A stretch of DNA of 64,000 bases from Candidatus Zambryskiibacteriota bacterium (GCA_003233455.1 QILQ01000012.1:4441-68440); one strand, 5' to 3'; positions 30,906 to 41,182 are shown, counted from the stretch's first letter. A program made the numbers and translations. Notes: generated from the sequence alone by a model not told the origin.

Positions 30906-31970
30906 AATATACAAAAACGTACTCCTAAAACAACCATTTCATGTTATGGTTAAGCTATATAAGTAACATTTGTTAATTAACATGATTAAAAAAACACACT
31001 AAATGCCCACAGTGCGGGTCTTTTTCAATTATCAAAAAAGGACTTAAAAGAAGAGTTCAAACATACTTTTGTAAAAATTGTAGTAGAGGTTTTAGTAGTC
31101 AGAGAAGAAAGAAAAACATTTTAATTAAAAAAATATGGAAGGATTATGTTTTTTTCAAACAAACATTAAGAGAACTTAAATATAAACACAAAAAGGATAA
31201 AAGAACATTAAGAAATATTTTAGATAATTACATTCCTTTAATTAAAAACCACAAACCTAGATTAATACATCTAATTGTAGATGCTACATATTTTGGAGAA
31301 AGGAAAGAGAAAACCAGTTGATGTGTAGTTGTTTTTAGAGATCTCAAAAGAAAAGAAAACCTCTGGTGGAACTTTTATAATACCGAAACCACTTCCGCGT
31401 ATTTAGAAGGAAGAAAATATTTAGAAAATCTAGGATATAAAATACTATCAATTACTGGAGATGGATTTGGTGGTATCAGACAAGCTTTTTATGGTATTCC
31501 AGGTTCATATGAAAAGATTAGTAGTTAAAGGAACTACCAATAATCCTCAAACTGAAGCTGGTCGAGTCCTTCTAGCTTTGATTAAAACATTACCCAATAC
31601 AGACAAAAATACTTTTAACAGACGCTTGTTTAAATATTCCATTAAATATAGAAACTTTTTAAATCAGAAATCAATTAATCTAGAAACTGGAGAAATGTTT
31701 TGGACTCATAAACCATTAAAACAAGCTTTTAATAGTATTCTTGGACTTCAAGAGTTTTTGTTTACCTATGAAAATAATATAAATATATCAACAACCACTA
31801 ATTCACTTGAAGGTCACTTTAGACAGAAATTGTTTCTGTTCACTGTGGTCTTTCTAGAGTATTAAAACAAAAAATATTATATTCCATTTTTTTGGCTTCC
31901 ACTATTGCTCCAAACAAAAAGAAACTTGATGAAATTCTATAAAAAAGAGTACGTTTTTGTATATTATGCC
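30901..31970 (+). mobile_element. decayed insertion sequence (IS256-like, Zn-ribbon variant)
   Basis: Perfect 24-bp TIR GGCATAATATACAAAAACGTACTC at 30901-30924/31947-31970; broken frames encode CPQCG..YFCKNC, IVDATYFG, TGDG and TTNSLEGHF. Confidence 0.85.
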
Positions 31971-31995
31971 AAAAAATTGAGAAATAATTAAAAAA

Positions 31996-32721
31996 TTACT
32001 TTTGGTTTTTTATCTGTTTTCTAATATAGACATCTTGGGCTATACCAAAAACATTACTAACAAACCAATAAAGAGCCACCACTCCAGATATTTTCCAAGA
32101 AATGAAAAATACTATAAAGGGCATAGTATATTTCATTTGTTTAGTCATTATTTTTGCAAAATCTGGTTTCTTGTTTGGATTAATTTTAGTTGTTTTTGTA
32201 TCTCCCATTGATTTAGAAGCTAAGTCCATCTGCCAATAACTGGTAATAGCGGCTAAAAAAGCTAAAATAATACTTTTTTGGGAAACATCTATAAGACCTA
32301 AAAATTTCATAGAGATATCTGTCGGCACTTTTATAAAAGAATATAAGAGATTGGTATCAATATTCGGTAAACCTGATTTAAAAAATATATAATAGAGAGA
32401 AAATATAATGGGAATTTGAATAATAACAGTTAAAATACTGGAAAAGGGGTTGATATTGTTGGTTTTATAAAACTCCATCGTTTTAACCGCTTGCTCTTGT
32501 TTATCTTTATATTTTTCTTTTATTAAAGCCAATTCTCCTTCTTTCTCTTTCATTCTAGTTTGGGTAACGGTAGATTTTTTGGAAATAGGGTAGAGAATTA
32601 GTTTTACTAAAATAGTCAAAATAACGGTAGCGACACCAACATCAATCCAACTTACATTTAGAATAAGAATAAGAATATTATAGAGTGGCGTATAAATAAT
32701 CGTTTTAAAGAAAGCTATCAT
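31996..32721 (-). CDS. yidC: membrane protein insertase YidC
   Basis: TILVKLILYP, IQIPI and LYWFVSNVF; rnpA-rpmH synteny. Confidence 0.92.
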   Translation of the reverse strand: MIAFFKTIIYTPLYNILILILNVSWIDVGVATVILTILVKLILYPISKKSTVTQTRMKEKEGELALIKEKYKDKQEQAVKTMEFYKTNNINPFSSILTVIIQIPIIFSLYYIFFKSGLPNIDTNLLYSFIKVPTDISMKFLGLIDVSQKSIILAFLAAITSYWQMDLASKSMGDTKTTKINPNKKPDFAKIMTKQMKYTMPFIVFFISWKISGVVALYWFVSNVFGIAQDVYIRKQIKNQK

Positions 32722-32722
32722 T

Positions 32723-33052
32723 TTATTTTATTAATTTTGATTTTTTGAGTATAGATTCTAAGTTTTTAATAATTTCCTCATTATTTTCTGGTATTTTTCT
32801 AAAAGAAAAAAAATTAACAGTATTTGATTGTATTTTAGGAATATATTTTTTTAACAACCGATAACCGACGCGTCTCATTTTATTCCGCGTTACCGCGTTT
32901 TTAGCCACTTTTTTAGAAATGGAAAAACAAAATCTGGAAGATTTACTGTTTTTAAAAATAAACTTCAACACAAAAAGGTCATTTTTAAAAATTTTAGTTC
33001 CATTTAATAATGGGAACATTTTTCTAGGAATTCTTCTGTTTTTGGGAAACAT
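32723..33052 (-). CDS. rnpA: ribonuclease P protein component
   Basis: SISKKVAKNAVTRNKMRR. Confidence 0.92.
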   Translation of the reverse strand: MFPKNRRIPRKMFPLLNGTKIFKNDLFVLKFIFKNSKSSRFCFSISKKVAKNAVTRNKMRRVGYRLLKKYIPKIQSNTVNFFSFRKIPENNEEIIKNLESILKKSKLIK

Positions 33053-33058
33053 TAAAAA

Positions 33059-33193
33059 TTAAACTGTTAGCTTTTTACGACCCTTTTGGCGACGCTTCTT
33101 TAACACCTTTAAACCACCCACACTTTTGCTGCGTTTTAAGAAACCGTGGCTTTTTGCTCTTTTTCTTTTTTTAGGTTTATAAGTGATTGACAT
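33059..33193 (-). CDS. rpmH: 50S ribosomal protein L34
   Basis: Hand translation MSITYKPKKRKRAKSHGFLKRSKSVGGLKVLKKRRQKGRKKLTV. Confidence 0.95.
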   Translation of the reverse strand: MSITYKPKKRKRAKSHGFLKRSKSVGGLKVLKKRRQKGRKKLTV

Positions 33194-33290
33194 AATACCA
33201 AACTTTATCAACTGATTATTCACAGATTATAAACATATTTGATAATAAATACAAGTTCCATAAATATTATTTACATATATAATAAACAAT

Positions 33291-34634
33291 ATGGACACCA
33301 AGGAATTATGGAATAATATCCTGTTGGAAATAGAGACCTCTGTCTCTAAAGCTAATTTTACAACATGGTTTAAGGAAACTAAAATATCCGGATTTGATAA
33401 AGGAACAATATATTTAAGTGTACCAAACACTTTTGTCCAAGAATGGTTATTGAAAAAATTTCACAGTCTTATATTAAAACTTTTAAGACAATCTTCCGAG
33501 TCAATTCATGCTCTTGAATATGTGATAAAAGAAGAAAGTAAACAAAAAAATCAATATGTGCCGACTAAAACCATACTAGCAACAAGAGAATTACCCTTGT
33601 CTGAACACTATATCAATAAAGATAATAATTTAAATCCAAGATACACTTTCGAATCTTTTGTGGTTGGACCATTTAATGAGTTAGCGAACGCCGCCGCTCA
33701 AGGTGTATTAAAAAATTTAGGAGTAGCTTATAATCCACTTTTTATATATGGTAATACTGGACATGGTAAAACTCATTTAATTCAAGCGGTTGGTAATGCT
33801 GTAAAAGCGATAGATTCATCAAAAAAAATATTTTATTTTACTTCTGAAAAATTTGTTAATGATTATATAAGTTCGGTTCAAGCAAATAAAGTGGATAAAT
33901 TTAAAGAAAAATATAGAAAATATGATATGTTGATAATGGATGATGTTCAATTTCTTTCAGGAAAAGAGAGAACCCAAGAAGAGTTATTTCATCTTTTTAA
34001 TATAATGAAAGACAATAATAAACAAATAGTTTTTTCTTGCGACAAACATCCAAATTTTGTAAATGGTTTAGAGGATAGATTAAAATCTAGGTTTGCTTCT
34101 GGTATGATTGTTGATATACCAGCACCTGACCATGAATCAAGAGTGGCAATTATCAGATCTAAATGTGCCAGTATAAATCTTTTTATAGATAATGAAATTA
34201 TTGATTATTTAGCTGATTCAATAAAGGGTAATATAAGAGATTTAGAAGGTGTAATAAATTTAATAGTTTGTCAAACAGAAACTAAAAATAAAACTTTAAA
34301 TTTAAATGAAGTGAAAGATTTAGTTAAAAATAGTATTAAACAAAAAAAATTATTATCTTATAAAGAAGTTATTAAAATAATAACTGATTTTTATAAAATA
34401 GAGGAAGAGATGATATATAAAAAAACCAGAAAAAAAGAAGTTATAAAACCAAGACAAATAATAATGTATATATTAAGAGAAGATTTTAGTATATCCTATC
34501 CATCAATAGGTGAGAAATTAGGTGGTAGAGATCATACCACAGTAATACATTCATGTGAAAAAATTAAAAAAGAGGTTAAAATTGATATGCTTTTATTAAA
34601 AGAAATACAAGAAATAAGGTCAATTATAGGTTAA
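33291..34634 (+). CDS. dnaA: chromosomal replication initiator DnaA
   Basis: NPLFIYGNTGHGKTHL, DDVQF and GGRDHTTVIHS. Confidence 0.98.
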   Translation: MDTKELWNNILLEIETSVSKANFTTWFKETKISGFDKGTIYLSVPNTFVQEWLLKKFHSLILKLLRQSSESIHALEYVIKEESKQKNQYVPTKTILATRELPLSEHYINKDNNLNPRYTFESFVVGPFNELANAAAQGVLKNLGVAYNPLFIYGNTGHGKTHLIQAVGNAVKAIDSSKKIFYFTSEKFVNDYISSVQANKVDKFKEKYRKYDMLIMDDVQFLSGKERTQEELFHLFNIMKDNNKQIVFSCDKHPNFVNGLEDRLKSRFASGMIVDIPAPDHESRVAIIRSKCASINLFIDNEIIDYLADSIKGNIRDLEGVINLIVCQTETKNKTLNLNEVKDLVKNSIKQKKLLSYKEVIKIITDFYKIEEEMIYKKTRKKEVIKPRQIIMYILREDFSISYPSIGEKLGGRDHTTVIHSCEKIKKEVKIDMLLLKEIQEIRSIIG

Positions 34635-34812
34635 TTAATTGTTAATAATGTGTTTAAAAACTGTGTTAATTATGTTATTAAAAAAATTAAAAAAGAAGTT
34701 ATAATTTAATTATAAACATTAAATAAAAATTAAAAAAGAAATAGGAGTTTAAAAATAAAGTTTAAAAAAGAAATCCACTAATCCACAAGTATATATAAGT
34801 AATTAAAATAAT
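34635..34812. promoter_or_regulatory. probable oriC region
   Basis: Extremely AT-rich dnaA-dnaN spacer with degenerate DnaA boxes (TGTTAATAA, TTATAAACA, TAATCCACA); TTATTCACA also upstream of dnaA. Confidence 0.55.
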
Positions 34813-35916
34813 ATGAAATTTGAATGTAATAAATTAAAAATAGAAAAAGCTTGTCAAAAAATACTAAAATTAACTGATAAACATTTAACTTTACCGGTGC
34901 TTACTTGTGTTTATTTAGATATTTTAAGTAATAATAAACTTATTATAAAAGCGACGAATTTAGATGTTGGGGTAGAAATTGAAATAAAAATTAAAACAAT
35001 AGAAAAAGGTATTATAACTGTTCCAGCTAATATTTTGTTGGGAGTATTATCTTCTATTAAAGAAAATAATACTTTAATTTTTGAATCTAAAGAGAATAAT
35101 TTTAAAATATTATCCAATAAAAATTCAGTGATTATTAAATGTTTACCCTATGAAGATTTTCCAAGTATTCCAAAATTAGAAAACATAAAACCAATAAAAA
35201 TAAATTGCCATAATTTAATATCTGGGTTTAAATCTGTTTGGTATAGTGCTTCAAGTTCAAATATAAAACCAGAGCTTTCAAGTGTTTATATATATAAAAA
35301 AGATGATAAATTAGTTTTTGTTTCTACTGATTCCTTTCGTTTGGCTGAAAAAAAAATCAATACTAAAATACCAATTAATTTTCCTCAAACTATTATTCCA
35401 TATAAAAATGTTTCAGAAATAATAAAATTATTTGAAGATTATAATGGTGATATTGATGTTGTTTTTGAAAAAAACCAAGCCGCTTTTATTACAGAAGATA
35501 TTTATTTAGTATCAAGATTAATAGATGGAACTTTTCCAGATTACAAACAAATAATACCAAAAACATTTAATACTACTGTTACGGTTTTAAAAACTGATTT
35601 AATAAATTCTATTAAAACATCAAATATTTTTTCAGATTCTTTAAATCAAATTAAATTAAAAGTGAATGTTAAAAATAAATCTCTAGATATAGAATCAAAA
35701 AATAATAATATAGGAGAGTATAAAGAATCAATTACCGCTTCTGTTTTTGGTGATGATTTGGAATTAAATTTTAATAATAAATATATATTAGATTGTATGC
35801 AATCTATCCCTTCTGATAGTTTAATTTTAAGTTTTGATGGGGTTGGTAAACCACTTGCTATAAATGGAGCAACAGATAAAAGTTTCCTTTATATTGTAAT
35901 GCCTATGAATAGATAA
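34813..35916 (+). CDS. dnaN: DNA polymerase III beta clamp
   Basis: ATNLD, STDSFRLA, SRLIDGTFPDY and IVMPM. Confidence 0.97.
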   Translation: MKFECNKLKIEKACQKILKLTDKHLTLPVLTCVYLDILSNNKLIIKATNLDVGVEIEIKIKTIEKGIITVPANILLGVLSSIKENNTLIFESKENNFKILSNKNSVIIKCLPYEDFPSIPKLENIKPIKINCHNLISGFKSVWYSASSSNIKPELSSVYIYKKDDKLVFVSTDSFRLAEKKINTKIPINFPQTIIPYKNVSEIIKLFEDYNGDIDVVFEKNQAAFITEDIYLVSRLIDGTFPDYKQIIPKTFNTTVTVLKTDLINSIKTSNIFSDSLNQIKLKVNVKNKSLDIESKNNNIGEYKESITASVFGDDLELNFNNKYILDCMQSIPSDSLILSFDGVGKPLAINGATDKSFLYIVMPMNR

Positions 35917-35999
35917 TCTCACTTTAAAATACCTCACCTTAGTCCCTCTCCTATAAATACAGGAAAAGGGAGAAAGAAAGGAAAAATAATTTTAAAAAA

Positions 36000-36248
36000 A
36001 TGAATAGTATTACTAATTTTTTACAGAAATTTTTAAAATTTGAGAAAGATAATAATATAAAATTAGCTATTATTTTAGATTGTATAAAACAAGCTACAAA
36101 TATAGAGCTAACCAGGGAGATGTTGGAAATAAGAGGGGATAATTTAAAACTAAACTGTAATCCAGTATTCCGAAACGAAATTTTTATGCATAAATCTAAA
36201 ATAGAGGAGTTATTAAAGGTTCAAAAGATATTTTTAAATATTGTTTAA
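36000..36248 (+). CDS. hypothetical protein (possibly DciA-like)
   Basis: Small ORF after dnaN; family guess based on NPVFRNEIFMHKSKI and position only. Confidence 0.45.
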   Translation: MNSITNFLQKFLKFEKDNNIKLAIILDCIKQATNIELTREMLEIRGDNLKLNCNPVFRNEIFMHKSKIEELLKVQKIFLNIV

Positions 36249-36267
36249 AAACATCCTTAGCCTCTAC

Positions 36268-36394
36268 ACATAGTTTTACTGTAACTATCCCTAAAGAAAT
36301 TATTAGGAAATTTGGGTGGCGGGAGCATCAAAAAATCTCTATTGAAGACAAACCTCGCAAGAGGTTGGAGTTAAAGGATTGGAAGAGGAAATAA
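36268..36394 (+). pseudogene. AbrB/MazE/SpoVT-like remnant
   Basis: Hand translation HSFTVTIPKEIIRKFGWREHQKISIED...KDWKRK*; no start codon. Confidence 0.55.
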
Positions 36395-36454
36395 AAATAA
36401 TTAAATCTAAATAAAATATGAAAACTTGGACATTAAAATTTAGAAAAACTTAAA

Positions 36455-36757
36455 ATGAAAAAAGTTTTTAAAAATGATAGATACAAGAAAGATAGAGGGG
36501 GATATTCTAGATTGTTAGAAATTTCTTGTCAGAAATGTGGTGGACATATTTGTCATTATCAAAAAGATGGACCTGGTGCTTTGAGAAGAATATATGTTGA
36601 TAGGATTTTTGATTCAAAAGTATCTATTTCTAAAAAAAATCTATCTTGCTTGAAAGATCATTTAATTGGAATAAAAATTATATATGAAAAAGAAAAAAGA
36701 CCCGCTTTTAGACTGTTTGTAGATTCAATTACTAAAAAAATAATTAAATCTAAATAA
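36455..36757 (+). CDS. hypothetical protein with CxxC motif
   Basis: RGGYSRLLEISCQKCG..YQKDGPG. Confidence 0.7.
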   Translation: MKKVFKNDRYKKDRGGYSRLLEISCQKCGGHICHYQKDGPGALRRIYVDRIFDSKVSISKKNLSCLKDHLIGIKIIYEKEKRPAFRLFVDSITKKIIKSK

Positions 36758-36983
36758 TCTAAATAAAATATTAAAATTTAAAGACTGGAAGAAGAGTGTT
36801 CATTCCATAATGAATTAGGACACTTGTAATACAATTAATTCTATAAAGAAAAAATTAAAAAATTTGGAATTCTAGTTTTTGAACTTGAATAATTTAATCT
36901 GAACATAAAAAATAGAAAGATTTTGAGGTCTTTTTTATCCACAGAATATTTGACTTTTAGATTCTAAAATGTATATAATGTTA

Positions 36984-37036
36984 TTGTATCAATACGAAAA
37001 AGACCCGAACGGTGTAGTGCCTAAGGGGCTTTTTTA
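36984..37036 (+). ncRNA. candidate NYN-associated small RNA, copy 1
   Basis: TTGACT-18-TATAAT promoter (36950-36979), 5' hairpin TTGT-ATCAAT-ACGA, then a terminator-like stem and T run ending at the NYN stop. Confidence 0.6.
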
Positions 37037-37037
37037 T

Positions 37038-37529
37038 TTATAAGACTATTTTTGATTTAATATCTTCTTTCTCAAGAGAGTCATAAAATTCACCGCCTAA
37101 TTTTTTATATAGAGAGGATGCAAATTCAGTATTTGGAAATAATATTTTTTCAAATTTATCTTTTTTAATAAGAAAATCAATAAGTTTTTTATAATCCCCA
37201 TCTCCAGAAACAATCACAATTTTATTAAACTTTTCTTGTTCTACTAATTTTTTCATTATCGAAAACACAATATCACAATCAACGTTTCCTTTCTTTTTGC
37301 CTTTTAAAGCAGAGGAATGTTCTCTAAAAGATAATATAAAACCAGCTTTTTGGAGATGATTGTACAAATTTTGTTCCTCTTCAGAAATAAATCCTAAAAA
37401 ATAGTAAGCTTCTGTTACTTTATATTTATCAAAAAGATATTTTCTAAATTTTTTGTGGTTTATTGACCAATTTTTTTCTTTGGTACCCAGATGTAGGTTT
37501 TGTCCATCAATAAAAGCATAATTATTCAT
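37038..37529 (-). CDS. NYN-domain (LabA/DUF88, PIN-like) ribonuclease
   Basis: YAFIDGQNL, KGNVDCD and VSGDGDY acidic catalytic motifs. Confidence 0.9.
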   Translation of the reverse strand: MNNYAFIDGQNLHLGTKEKNWSINHKKFRKYLFDKYKVTEAYYFLGFISEEEQNLYNHLQKAGFILSFREHSSALKGKKKGNVDCDIVFSIMKKLVEQEKFNKIVIVSGDGDYKKLIDFLIKKDKFEKILFPNTEFASSLYKKLGGEFYDSLEKEDIKSKIVL

Positions 37530-37537
37530 GTAAATAT

Positions 37538-39703
37538 TTAGTTACTTCTTAATATAAACGGACGATCGGCGGAGAGATTATGGTTTTGGGCCCATAAGCG
37601 GACAGAGTATTCCCAGCGTTCAAATTGAGGATCAGGATTTGGATATTCTGGGTAGTCTCCTCTTGGGTCATCTTTATTTACCCAGCTTAATATGGAATGT
37701 GGTCCACCGGTTACTATTCTAATATTTGAGTTTGAAGTTGAGCTTGCAAATTCACCACCTTGCCAAATACCTTGCAAGACTGGTTTTAGGTTAGGATTAT
37801 TTTTAATTAAAGGTTCTTCAAATTGCTCATTTGGTATTTGTGGTAATATTTTATCCATAAAAGCTCTCCACATTGGAGCAACAATAAAGCCAGCTATTTT
37901 CTTTTTCATTGGAGTATTATCGTTGTTCCCAGCCCAAGCTCCAACAGCAATAGATGGAGTGTAGCCAATAATCCAAGCATCTTTATAATTATTAGTAGTA
38001 CCGGTTTTAACAGCAACATCTCTATTTTTAAAATATAAAAAAGATGATGGTCCAAAAGCGGGTGTTCTAGCTATATTATCGGAAAGTATACTAGATATTT
38101 TTAAAGCAATTTCTTTATCTAATACTTTAACAGGTTTGGGATTATGTTTTTCTAAAATTTTTCCATTTTTATCTTTTATTTCAATTATGGGACTGATATC
38201 AGTTTTTATTCCATCATTAGCAAACACTCCATAAGCACCGGTAATCTCAAGAGGAGTAACTTCTCCACCACCCAAAACCAAAGTTAAACCATAATTTCCT
38301 TTCTCGCTGAGAGATTTTATACCCATATCTCTTGCTAATCTTATAGATTTGTTTATACCGGCTAAATACAAAACTTTTACAGATGGCACATTTATTGATT
38401 GAGCTAAAGCATTTCTTAAAGTTGTTGGACCCCTAAAAATATGGTCATAGTTACTTGGAGCATAACAACCATTAATCATTGTTAGATTGTTGGGAGCACA
38501 AGAAGCTGAAAATTGTGTTTTCAAATCAAAAACAACTGTTTCTGGGGTGTATCCTTTTATAAAAGCTTCGGAATAAATAAATGGTTTAATAGTGGAACCG
38601 GGTTGTCTTTTGGCGGTAATAACATTAAAAGCCCCATCTATTTTTTTATCAAAATAATCTCTGGAACCAACCATGGTTAATATTCCTCCTGTTTTTGGGT
38701 TTATAACCACCATAGCGGCATTCTCCGCGTCAAATTTCTTCTTATTACTCATTGCGTAATCGTGAACAATTTTTTCAGCTATAGATTGAAAATTATAATT
38801 TAAAGAAGTTGTTACTCTTAAACCATCAGTGTTTATAATTTCTCCGCCATATTTCTTTTTTATATAATCAAGAACATAAAAAACAAAATGAGGAGCTTTA
38901 ATACTATAATCGCTTTTAGGCATAAAAGAAACTTTTTCAGCCATAGCCGAGTTATATTCTTTTTTGGTAATAAAATTATTTTTAAACATCTCTCTTAAAA
39001 CTAAATTTTTTCTCTCTTCAAGTTTATCTCGGTGTTTACCATAAGGGGAATAATAAGTTGGTGCTTTTGGCAAAGCTGCCAAATAAGCGGCTTCAGCCAG
39101 AGTTACTTCCGAAGCTTTTTTACCAAAAAAAGCTTCACTGGCTTCTTCCACGCCATAAATAACTCCACCATAAGGTATTTCATTTAAATACATTGAAAGA
39201 ATTTCATCTTTAGTTGCCACTTTTTCCAATTTAATAGCCAAGACCCACTCTTTTAATTTTCTTGAGATGAGTTTTTTGGAAGTGAGTAATGAATTTTTAA
39301 CCACTTGTTGAGTAATAGTAGAACCTCCTTGACTAAAGTTTAAAGATAATATATTTACCAGAGCAGCTCTTAAAAAAGAAGTAAACTCAACTCCTTTATG
39401 GTTGTAAAAATCTTTATCTTCTATGGCAATAGTGGCATTCTTAATATGTCTGGATATTTCTTCTATAGGCACCACACTTCTTCTGGTGTTGCCACCAGTA
39501 TCGTATAAAAGAATTTTTCCCGTTCGGTCATATATTTTAGTTGATTCAATAATTCTTCTTTCTCTGATTGATCCCGGAGTTGGTGCCCTAAAAGTGCTAA
39601 TCCAAAGAAAAGTTATAGCTCCCAATATAAAAAAAGCTGAGAACGAAAGAGTTATTAAGGTTTTTATAACTAGTTTATGTTTTACTACAAATCTTTTTAC
39701 CAT
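37538..39703 (-). CDS. bifunctional penicillin-binding protein (PBP1A family)
   Basis: EDKDFY, GGSTITQQ and RKLKE; SxxK (STIK), SxN (SIN) and KTG. Confidence 0.95.
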   Translation of the reverse strand: MVKRFVVKHKLVIKTLITLSFSAFFILGAITFLWISTFRAPTPGSIRERRIIESTKIYDRTGKILLYDTGGNTRRSVVPIEEISRHIKNATIAIEDKDFYNHKGVEFTSFLRAALVNILSLNFSQGGSTITQQVVKNSLLTSKKLISRKLKEWVLAIKLEKVATKDEILSMYLNEIPYGGVIYGVEEASEAFFGKKASEVTLAEAAYLAALPKAPTYYSPYGKHRDKLEERKNLVLREMFKNNFITKKEYNSAMAEKVSFMPKSDYSIKAPHFVFYVLDYIKKKYGGEIINTDGLRVTTSLNYNFQSIAEKIVHDYAMSNKKKFDAENAAMVVINPKTGGILTMVGSRDYFDKKIDGAFNVITAKRQPGSTIKPFIYSEAFIKGYTPETVVFDLKTQFSASCAPNNLTMINGCYAPSNYDHIFRGPTTLRNALAQSINVPSVKVLYLAGINKSIRLARDMGIKSLSEKGNYGLTLVLGGGEVTPLEITGAYGVFANDGIKTDISPIIEIKDKNGKILEKHNPKPVKVLDKEIALKISSILSDNIARTPAFGPSSFLYFKNRDVAVKTGTTNNYKDAWIIGYTPSIAVGAWAGNNDNTPMKKKIAGFIVAPMWRAFMDKILPQIPNEQFEEPLIKNNPNLKPVLQGIWQGGEFASSTSNSNIRIVTGGPHSILSWVNKDDPRGDYPEYPNPDPQFERWEYSVRLWAQNHNLSADRPFILRSN

Positions 39704-39748
39704 CCCTATATATTATGCCAAAAAACAAAATTATGGTAGCATTTTTAT

Positions 39749-40960
39749 ATGTTTAAGTCTAAATCAAAAATAATAACTGATGAAAAAAAAATAGACGAGA
39801 TTCTCACTCGCGGGACAGAGGATATTTTTATTAGGGAAAATTTAAAAAAAGAGTTACTTAGCGGAAAACAATTACGAATTAAACTTGGTATAGATCCAAC
39901 CGGTCCAGCTATTCATTTAGGCAGAGCTGTTCCTTTGCGAAAATTAAAAGCTTTTCAATATCTTGGACATAAAATTGTTCTTATTATGGGTGATTTTACC
40001 GCGAAAATAGGAGATCCTTCTGATAAACTTGAAAAAAGACCGATGTTGACTGATGGTGATATTAAAAATAATCTTAAAGATTACTTAAAACAAATAGGTA
40101 AGATAATTGATTTATCTAAAACAGAAGTTCGTTATAATTCAGAATGGTTAAAAGAAATGGGTTATATGGAAATTGCTAAACTTTTAGAATGTTTTACCGT
40201 CCAACAAATGTCAAAAAGAAGAAATTTTCAGGAGAGATTGAAACAAGGACATGATGTTTTTGTTGTTGAATTTATGTACCCAGCTCTTCAAGGATACGAT
40301 AGTGTAAAAGTTTCTGCTGATGTTGAAATTGGGGGATTTGATCAATTATTTAATTTAAAATCTGGACGAATTGTGCAAAAAAAATATGGAGAAAAAGAGC
40401 AAGATATTATGACAGTATCTATGCTTTTAGGTTCCGATGGAAGAAAAATGTCTTCTTCGTGGGGGAATATAATTTCTCTTCTTGATACTAGTGAAAATAT
40501 GTTTGGTAAAATAATGTCCATTAAAGATGATTTGATTATTCAATATTTTACTTTAGGCACGGATATTTCACTTGTAGAAATCTTAAATATTGAAAAAGAA
40601 CTAAAATCTGGCATCAATCCAAAAAATATAAAATTAAAATTAGCTAAAGAAATAGTGAAAATGTATCACGGAGAAAAAGAGGCGGAAAAAGCGGCAGAAG
40701 TTTTTGAAAATACTTTTAGCAAAAAAGAATTTCCGGAAGATGCTTTGGAAATAAATGTAGCAGAGAATATTAAAATATCAGATGTTTTGGTAAATAATAA
40801 AATTATAGAATCAAAATCAGAATTTCGCCGTTTAGTAATAGCGGGTGCTATCTCAGATTATCCAAACAAAAAAATAAATAATTCTAACGAAATAGTTGGA
40901 GATAAAGAAAGAAAAATAAAAGTTGGCAAAAAAACTTTTATTATTTTAAAACCAAAATAA
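39749..40960 (+). CDS. tyrS: tyrosine--tRNA ligase
   Basis: GIDPTG..HLGR, YPALQGYD, GGFDQ and KMSSS. Confidence 0.96.
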   Translation: MFKSKSKIITDEKKIDEILTRGTEDIFIRENLKKELLSGKQLRIKLGIDPTGPAIHLGRAVPLRKLKAFQYLGHKIVLIMGDFTAKIGDPSDKLEKRPMLTDGDIKNNLKDYLKQIGKIIDLSKTEVRYNSEWLKEMGYMEIAKLLECFTVQQMSKRRNFQERLKQGHDVFVVEFMYPALQGYDSVKVSADVEIGGFDQLFNLKSGRIVQKKYGEKEQDIMTVSMLLGSDGRKMSSSWGNIISLLDTSENMFGKIMSIKDDLIIQYFTLGTDISLVEILNIEKELKSGINPKNIKLKLAKEIVKMYHGEKEAEKAAEVFENTFSKKEFPEDALEINVAENIKISDVLVNNKIIESKSEFRRLVIAGAISDYPNKKINNSNEIVGDKERKIKVGKKTFIILKPK

Positions 40961-40964
40961 AGAC

Positions 40965-41087
40965 TTACTCTGTTTCGTCTAATTCATCTATATCTTTTAT
41001 TGAGGATATTGGTATCCCATTTTCATCTAATTCCTCTTCCTCCTCTTCTGATTCATCTCCAATTCCATATATTTCATCGTGATCCAT
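40965..41087 (-). CDS. small highly acidic protein (40 aa)
   Basis: Hand translation MDHDEIYGIGDESEEEEEELDENGIPISSIKDIDELDETE. Confidence 0.55.
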   Translation of the reverse strand: MDHDEIYGIGDESEEEEEELDENGIPISSIKDIDELDETE

Positions 41088-41182
41088 AAAATTTAATTTA
41101 TTTTTAATTCTGATTAAAATTTAGCCAACAGCTAAAATCAGATTTTATAATTTTTATCACAATGTATTTTTTTTTGCAATAA

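Noticed and set aside
36935-36943. Perfect DnaA box TTATCCACA (another at 41198-41206) as oriC
   Set aside because: Isolated boxes; the dnaA-flanking spacers are better origin candidates.
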